Below are positions 59,132 through 64,000 of a stretch of DNA of 64,000 nucleotides, in pieces (the first letter of the stretch is position 1; the number at the start of each line of letters is the position of its first letter). Location of the stretch: NCBI GenBank assembly GCA_019057475.1, contig DXJO01000027.1, forward strand, positions 1-64,000, given 5' to 3'. The translations under genes were made by a program, and so were the position numbers. The notes under the pieces were generated by a model. It searched no databases, was not told where the DNA came from, and worked only from the letters and a program-made list of their open reading frames with translations. This DNA is from Candidatus Thorarchaeota archaeon (GTDB taxonomy: Archaea; Asgardarchaeota; Thorarchaeia; Thorarchaeales; Thorarchaeaceae).

Positions 59132-60421
59132 CTATGTAACGCTTCCCGGGACATCAACACTCTCAAGGAGCTTATCTCCAGCCTTCTTGACCTTGGAACG
59201 GTACCCCCGCGTTGTGTAGACTCTCACAGGTCGGAGGTCACGATTAAAACTGCGAGCAATTAGACTGACCTCATCAACTGGCCAGAACTCATAGCCCTTG
59301 GACCCACGTTCAAAGAACACCAACTCATCAAGGGGGTATTTCCCCGGGTAGTAAGTCACTGAGGGCCTGTCAGGATAGTCAACATAGACATTTTTTGGAT
59401 CGATATCCGCCGCCTCAGCAATCTCACTCTCTGCTTGAAAGAGGCCATCGGGAGTGGATATCTTCTTCATGAAAGCGACATCGGATATCGCTCTTTCGCT
59501 AGCCAACTTGATGAGATACCGCTTTCGGAAGTCCTTGTAGAGCCTGCTTGCAGTCTGCATCTCATCTGTGTCGTCTTCAGTCACTGAGAGTAGTACATCA
59601 AGGAATGAGAGGTCATCATAGAGCAGGAATTGTTCAATGTCATCGTCAGGAGAAAGGAAGAGCTGGGACCCAGCCTCGTCGAGTATACGCAGAAGCATCA
59701 ATTCTGCGGCGCGCACTGTTCGATGGTAATAGACGGCATCGTACATATTGACGCCTGCCGAGAGGTACGCCTCGAAGGTATGCATGGAACTCCTGTTCAA
59801 TGCAATCTTGTTCTTTGCTATCCGTGTTGCGGCGAATAATCTCCGGTACTCTAGCTGAGCGTACTCAACGCCGGCGAAGTATGCGTCACGCTCAAGATTG
59901 TCGATTAATACGGGATTGATGGGACACTTCATGAGATCAAGCCGGAAGCTCTTCAGCGGAACTCCACGCTCTAGCATGTTCTTTATCTCACTGACGGAAG
60001 TCACACTGCCCTTGATGATATCCTTGACCGGTGATTTCGTAGCAATCAAACTGGCAAGCTTCTGTTTATTGGTTCCCCGAACTGTCAAGTACTCTGTCAT
60101 GACATTATTCCAAGGTCCTGTTGACAGAGTGAGAAGCATTGCGATCAGTCTTGCTCTCTGGACTTCATCCAAGTCGCCGTCCAAGGAGTCAAAGAAAACT
60201 TTGGTGACATGCATAACTCCGAGCAGACGACCCATCACTGACGTGTCTGCACCCGGGAAGACCAAGTGAATGCCTGCGGGCCCGCGGATATTGCGCAACC
60301 TCTGACTGAGCCGGAGGTCCAGTATGGATTTCTCAACACTCGAGAGCTCTATGTACCCATGAAGCGGATCTTTGATTTCGAGCACTGATGGATAATCACT
60401 AATCGGCATGAAAGTCCCCAT
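59132..60421 (-). CDS. HD-domain dNTPase-like (SAMHD1/YwfO-type) protein with lost catalytic residues
   Basis: IKDPLHGYI, QRLRNI, LVFPGA, MYDAVYYHRTVRAAELML retained; HTRFEHSLG and LLHDIGH motifs replaced. Confidence 0.85.
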   Translation of the reverse strand: MGTFMPISDYPSVLEIKDPLHGYIELSSVEKSILDLRLSQRLRNIRGPAGIHLVFPGADTSVMGRLLGVMHVTKVFFDSLDGDLDEVQRARLIAMLLTLSTGPWNNVMTEYLTVRGTNKQKLASLIATKSPVKDIIKGSVTSVSEIKNMLERGVPLKSFRLDLMKCPINPVLIDNLERDAYFAGVEYAQLEYRRLFAATRIAKNKIALNRSSMHTFEAYLSAGVNMYDAVYYHRTVRAAELMLLRILDEAGSQLFLSPDDDIEQFLLYDDLSFLDVLLSVTEDDTDEMQTASRLYKDFRKRYLIKLASERAISDVAFMKKISTPDGLFQAESEIAEAADIDPKNVYVDYPDRPSVTYYPGKYPLDELVFFERGSKGYEFWPVDEVSLIARSFNRDLRPVRVYTTRGYRSKVKKAGDKLLESVDVPGSVT

Positions 60422-60550
60422 CTAGCGCAGTTCTAGCGCATCAAACTGTGCTCCTATGGGAGATACGAAGGCGTGTATTACTGTTTAGGTCTAGGTTTTT
60501 CGATGGCTCAGATGCTAACCTTCATGAGGGTTTGTGCAAGTGGCAAGACC

Positions 60551-62377
60551 ATGAAACCTCTGCTGCTGACATCTCTGATGCTCGTGCTTCTGATGGCCAT
60601 TCCACTTCAGTCGCCGATGATGCCTATCAACGATGCAGGCAGTGCGAATAAGCTGGTACCATCAAATGACCAAATCTATGTGGTTGATGTTGCAGAGGAT
60701 ATCTACAACGCAGTATCCGAGCAGTCGTACCTTGACTTCATTATAGAGCTGACAGAGAATGGCTCTCGGTGGGTGAATGAGGGGCCGCCAATCGTCTACA
60801 GCGATGCGAATATCCGCGCAAGAGACTGGATCTCACAACAACTGGTTCAACTCTCAGGCGGCAGAATAACCGTTGAACTCATGGGAGAACACAACTCGGT
60901 CGTTGGACGCTTACCAGGCTGGATACAGAGTGATGCACCCTGCCTGATGATAGGAGGTCATTACGACAGCGTTTTCGGGGCTCCAGGGGCTAATGATGAT
61001 GGTACAGGTGTGGCTGCCACACTTGAGCTGGCACGCGTCTTGTCTGAATACGAATTTCCTTTTGACATTTACTTCTGCACATGGAACTCAGAAGAAAACG
61101 GACTGATAGGGAGCGGCGAGGTTGCTCAAATCTTCGCGAACGACGGGCTCGACATTTTGATGTACTACAACGTGGATATGCTCCTGGTGGAGAATCCAAC
61201 GGTGCCCGTGGATGAGCGAGTGCTGATGGTTTACAATTCTGAAGCGAGCACTACATACCATAATGGCAGATACTGGGCGGAGCTTGCGAGGATGATGAGC
61301 AACAATCTTGGACTCAACCTCATCAAGCCACTCTCGTCTTCCCACTTTCCGTTCTGGATGCAGTCTGACCATTACTCATTCATCCGGGAGGGTTATGACC
61401 GAGCCATGTTCGCATTCGAATCAGGTTGGGCATTAGATGATGCTTACCATCAGCCCACAGATACATGGGACAACCCCATGTACAATTACACACTGGCAAG
61501 GGACACTGTCGGCGCCATTGGGGCAAGCATGGCATTGACCATGGCGAACGCGTACGGTCAGCCAACCGATATCCAATACAATTGCACACTTGAACTAGGT
61601 GACACAAGAAGCTACTATTTTGTGCTCAGCATTGAAACTGATGTTGGGGTTGAATGGTTTGGTGATGGTAGCGATATCGCCGCTTCGTTATATGCACCTA
61701 ACGGATCTCTGATGGAAACCGGCGTGACGGATGTGATTAATGATATTGATGATGATGAGCTCTTCGTTGCTCACGCCACTCAGAATGGGCTCTACACATT
61801 GGTGATGGAGAACACAGGTAACCAGAGCGCCTTCTGCGAATTCAATGTCGGCTACATTACTGACATAAATGGCGATGGAGTGGTCGATACCGTAGGATAC
61901 TGGTTTGATCAGATTCAATGGGAGCTGGATAATGATGGTGACGGACTCAGCAATGCGCAGGAGATGCTCATCGGAACTGACAGGTGGAACGCAGACTCAG
62001 ACGGAGACGGCATGAGAGACGGGTGGGAGTACCATAACGGTCTCGACCCTCTTGTGGATGATGCATCTGAAGATCTCGACCACGACGGCCTTATCAACCT
62101 CTTTGAGTACGGGAATGGTACATCGCCCAGCAGCAGCGACTCTGACTCAGATCTCATGCCCGATGGCTGGGAAACGGACCATGATCTCAACCCATTGGTG
62201 GATGATGCAAACTTAGACCCAGATGGCGACTTTCGAACGAACCTGCAGGAATATCAGATGGGCAGCGACCCGCATGTATCCGACCTTGATTTAGTCACAC
62301 CTGTAGCACTATTGGGAACAACAACTGTACTGGTAGTGCTAGGTGGAGTTCTGGTGAAGAAGAGGCGCTCCTCGTAG
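60551..62377 (+). CDS. Secreted M28-family metallo-aminopeptidase with DxDxDG Ca-binding repeats and C-terminal membrane anchor
   Basis: GGHYDS, GANDDGTG, NSEENG, NVDM, SDH, YHQPTD; DSDGDGMRDGWE-type repeats; TM plus KKRR. Confidence 0.9.
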   Translation: MKPLLLTSLMLVLLMAIPLQSPMMPINDAGSANKLVPSNDQIYVVDVAEDIYNAVSEQSYLDFIIELTENGSRWVNEGPPIVYSDANIRARDWISQQLVQLSGGRITVELMGEHNSVVGRLPGWIQSDAPCLMIGGHYDSVFGAPGANDDGTGVAATLELARVLSEYEFPFDIYFCTWNSEENGLIGSGEVAQIFANDGLDILMYYNVDMLLVENPTVPVDERVLMVYNSEASTTYHNGRYWAELARMMSNNLGLNLIKPLSSSHFPFWMQSDHYSFIREGYDRAMFAFESGWALDDAYHQPTDTWDNPMYNYTLARDTVGAIGASMALTMANAYGQPTDIQYNCTLELGDTRSYYFVLSIETDVGVEWFGDGSDIAASLYAPNGSLMETGVTDVINDIDDDELFVAHATQNGLYTLVMENTGNQSAFCEFNVGYITDINGDGVVDTVGYWFDQIQWELDNDGDGLSNAQEMLIGTDRWNADSDGDGMRDGWEYHNGLDPLVDDASEDLDHDGLINLFEYGNGTSPSSSDSDSDLMPDGWETDHDLNPLVDDANLDPDGDFRTNLQEYQMGSDPHVSDLDLVTPVALLGTTTVLVVLGGVLVKKRRSS

Positions 62378-62383
62378 TTGGCA

Positions 62384-63289
62384 CTAAGCAAGCGTCTTCA
62401 TCAATAGATCCCAGCGATATTGAATGTAATCTTGCAGCTCTTGAATTTTCGCATCCTGGCGCTCAGGCCTGAACAGATGTGAAAACCGACCCTGCATCTT
62501 TAGGAACTCCTCAATCGGCTTTCTCTTCTCTGGGTCTTGGAAGCGTTTGCTCTGGCGACCCAAAGTGAACTCAGTTCCAATACGTTCCCACTGAATCCAG
62601 TAGCCTGTTTCCACAGCGAGCTTGCCGAGCTCCACGCCTTTCTCAACCGGGTAATTCCAAGCTTGTGGACAAGGCAGGAATATGTGAATGAACTTCGGAC
62701 CGCGAATCTCTTTGGCCTTCAGGAACTTGTCGTAGAGATCACGGGGATAAGCAGTGTTAGCGGTTGCTTGGTAGACAGGCTCATGCATTGCGACAATGAA
62801 GTCCAGCAGTTTCTCTGGCTCCTTCTTCCCGAGCCACGTGGTCGTGGTCTTCGCATGAAGAGGTGTGCCACCTGAGCGCTGTGTACCGGTGTTGCTATAC
62901 ACTTGATTGTTGTAACAAACGTATAGGAAGTCTGTTCTACGCTCAAATGCGCCGCTAAGGGCCTGTATTCCGATATCGAATGTGCCGCCATCGCCAGCCC
63001 AGACCATAACTATAGTGTCGTCCTTGCCTTTCGCCGCAAGAGCCGCTCGCACTCCCGAAGCCGTTGCTGCTGCTGCAGGAAAGGCAGTATTGAGAACGGG
63101 TATCGCGAGCCCACTTTTAGGCCAAAGACCTTGCACAACACTTGTGCAACAAGCAGGTACAACCTGAATGACGTTCCCTTCGAGCGCCTTGTGCGCATGG
63201 CGTAGTGCTACCATATCCTGACAGCCTGCGCATGCCGCGTTTCCCTTCAGAACGTATTCCTTGAGAGGCATATCTTTCGTTGCTACCAT
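62384..63289 (-). CDS. porB: Pyruvate/2-ketoisovalerate:ferredoxin oxidoreductase beta subunit
   Basis: ACAGC, AGDGGTFDIGIQALSG, YSNTGTQRSGGTP, PCP. Confidence 0.9.
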   Translation of the reverse strand: MVATKDMPLKEYVLKGNAACAGCQDMVALRHAHKALEGNVIQVVPACCTSVVQGLWPKSGLAIPVLNTAFPAAAATASGVRAALAAKGKDDTIVMVWAGDGGTFDIGIQALSGAFERRTDFLYVCYNNQVYSNTGTQRSGGTPLHAKTTTTWLGKKEPEKLLDFIVAMHEPVYQATANTAYPRDLYDKFLKAKEIRGPKFIHIFLPCPQAWNYPVEKGVELGKLAVETGYWIQWERIGTEFTLGRQSKRFQDPEKRKPIEEFLKMQGRFSHLFRPERQDAKIQELQDYIQYRWDLLMKTLA

Positions 63290-63294
63290 TTTAA

Positions 63295-64000
63295 TCACCT
63301 CAGGTCATGCCAGGTTTCTTCAGGACCCGTTTCTCCGAGCTCCACAGCTTTTACTGTATCAAGAATTACTTCTTTGATGTCAGACACTGTCATGTCGCGA
63401 CCGCCAAGCCCACCGATGTAGCTCTTGATGATTGGCCGATGTTTGGTGTTGTACATCGTAGCCCGAATGTCGTTTGCCACAGGACCACCATAACCGTATG
63501 AAACAGAACGGTCAAGGGAGGCGAATCCCTTCACACGGCTGCCAAGCTCTCTGATTCTGTCAACCGGGAATGGGCGAATCATTCTCATTCGAGCGTTACC
63601 CACTTTGTAACCCTCCTCACGAAGTTCGTCAATCGCATCCTTGGCTTCTGCTGCGACTGAACCCTGAGAAGTAAACACAACCTCTGCATCATCACACTTG
63701 TAGCAGTCAATGGGACCACCGAAGTACTTCCCAAAGAGTTTCTTGTATTCGCGTTCGACCTCTTCATACACCTTCAATGCATTGTGAGTCCCTTCATGCA
63801 TGGCGTACCTGAATTCCATGTAGTGCTCTGGAAACACGATGTTGCCATGTGAAACAGGGTTCTTTGGGTCCATTACCCAATGCGGTGCCTTGTAAGGAGG
63901 CAGGAACTTGTCAACTTCCTCCGGCTCGAGATAATCGTAAGTGGACAGAGTGTGACTGAGTACAAAGCCATCTGCATTGACCATGACAGGCATCAAGACC
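63295..64000 (-). CDS. porA: Pyruvate/2-ketoisovalerate:ferredoxin oxidoreductase alpha subunit (5'-partial)
   Basis: PVMVNADGFVLSHT, RPFP, DRSVSYG, GLGGRD. Confidence 0.9.
   Translation of the reverse strand, partial: VLMPVMVNADGFVLSHTLSTYDYLEPEEVDKFLPPYKAPHWVMDPKNPVSHGNIVFPEHYMEFRYAMHEGTHNALKVYEEVEREYKKLFGKYFGGPIDCYKCDDAEVVFTSQGSVAAEAKDAIDELREEGYKVGNARMRMIRPFPVDRIRELGSRVKGFASLDRSVSYGYGGPVANDIRATMYNTKHRPIIKSYIGGLGGRDMTVSDIKEVILDTVKAVELGETGPEETWHDLR

Noticed and set aside
1-64000. CRISPR array or rRNA genes
   Set aside because: No regularly spaced short repeats or rRNA signature sequences were seen.

Overview
Gene-dense archaeal chromosome segment of about 50% GC by eye. It is most likely from an Asgard archaeon (Thorarchaeia-like); this is inferred from the archaeal core genes together with longin, PCI-like, WD40 and adaptin-appendage-like domains. 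Housekeeping content includes DNA ligase, S17e, thermosome, TrxB, MptA/QueD, korAB-fumC-sdhAB, the HMG-CoA synthase/thiolase/DUF35 trio, a CoA-pathway fusion, Nnr, ZPR1, UbiX, porAB and an intron-containing tRNA-Ala(TGC). The window starts inside a stand-alone TnpB that the ORF track missed. The best candidate for an undescribed system is a co-oriented three-gene cluster at 54.8-60.4 kb. It pairs a catalytically dead HD-domain protein with two paralogues built from eight alternating C3H zinc fingers, each ending in an adaptin/coatomer appendage-like domain and a C4 ribbon. Other notable items are a 1742-aa surface protein with a cytoplasmic longin domain, a recent 582-bp-period duplication and a GC step; an NPRL2-like longin-wHTH protein; a WD40-PCI fusion; a TFB-ribbon-wHTH fusion; and a translationally coupled NuoEFG(HydCBA)-like plus NfnAB operon whose NuoG-like subunit has no catalytic site. 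All family calls come from motif recognition by eye; no searches were run.
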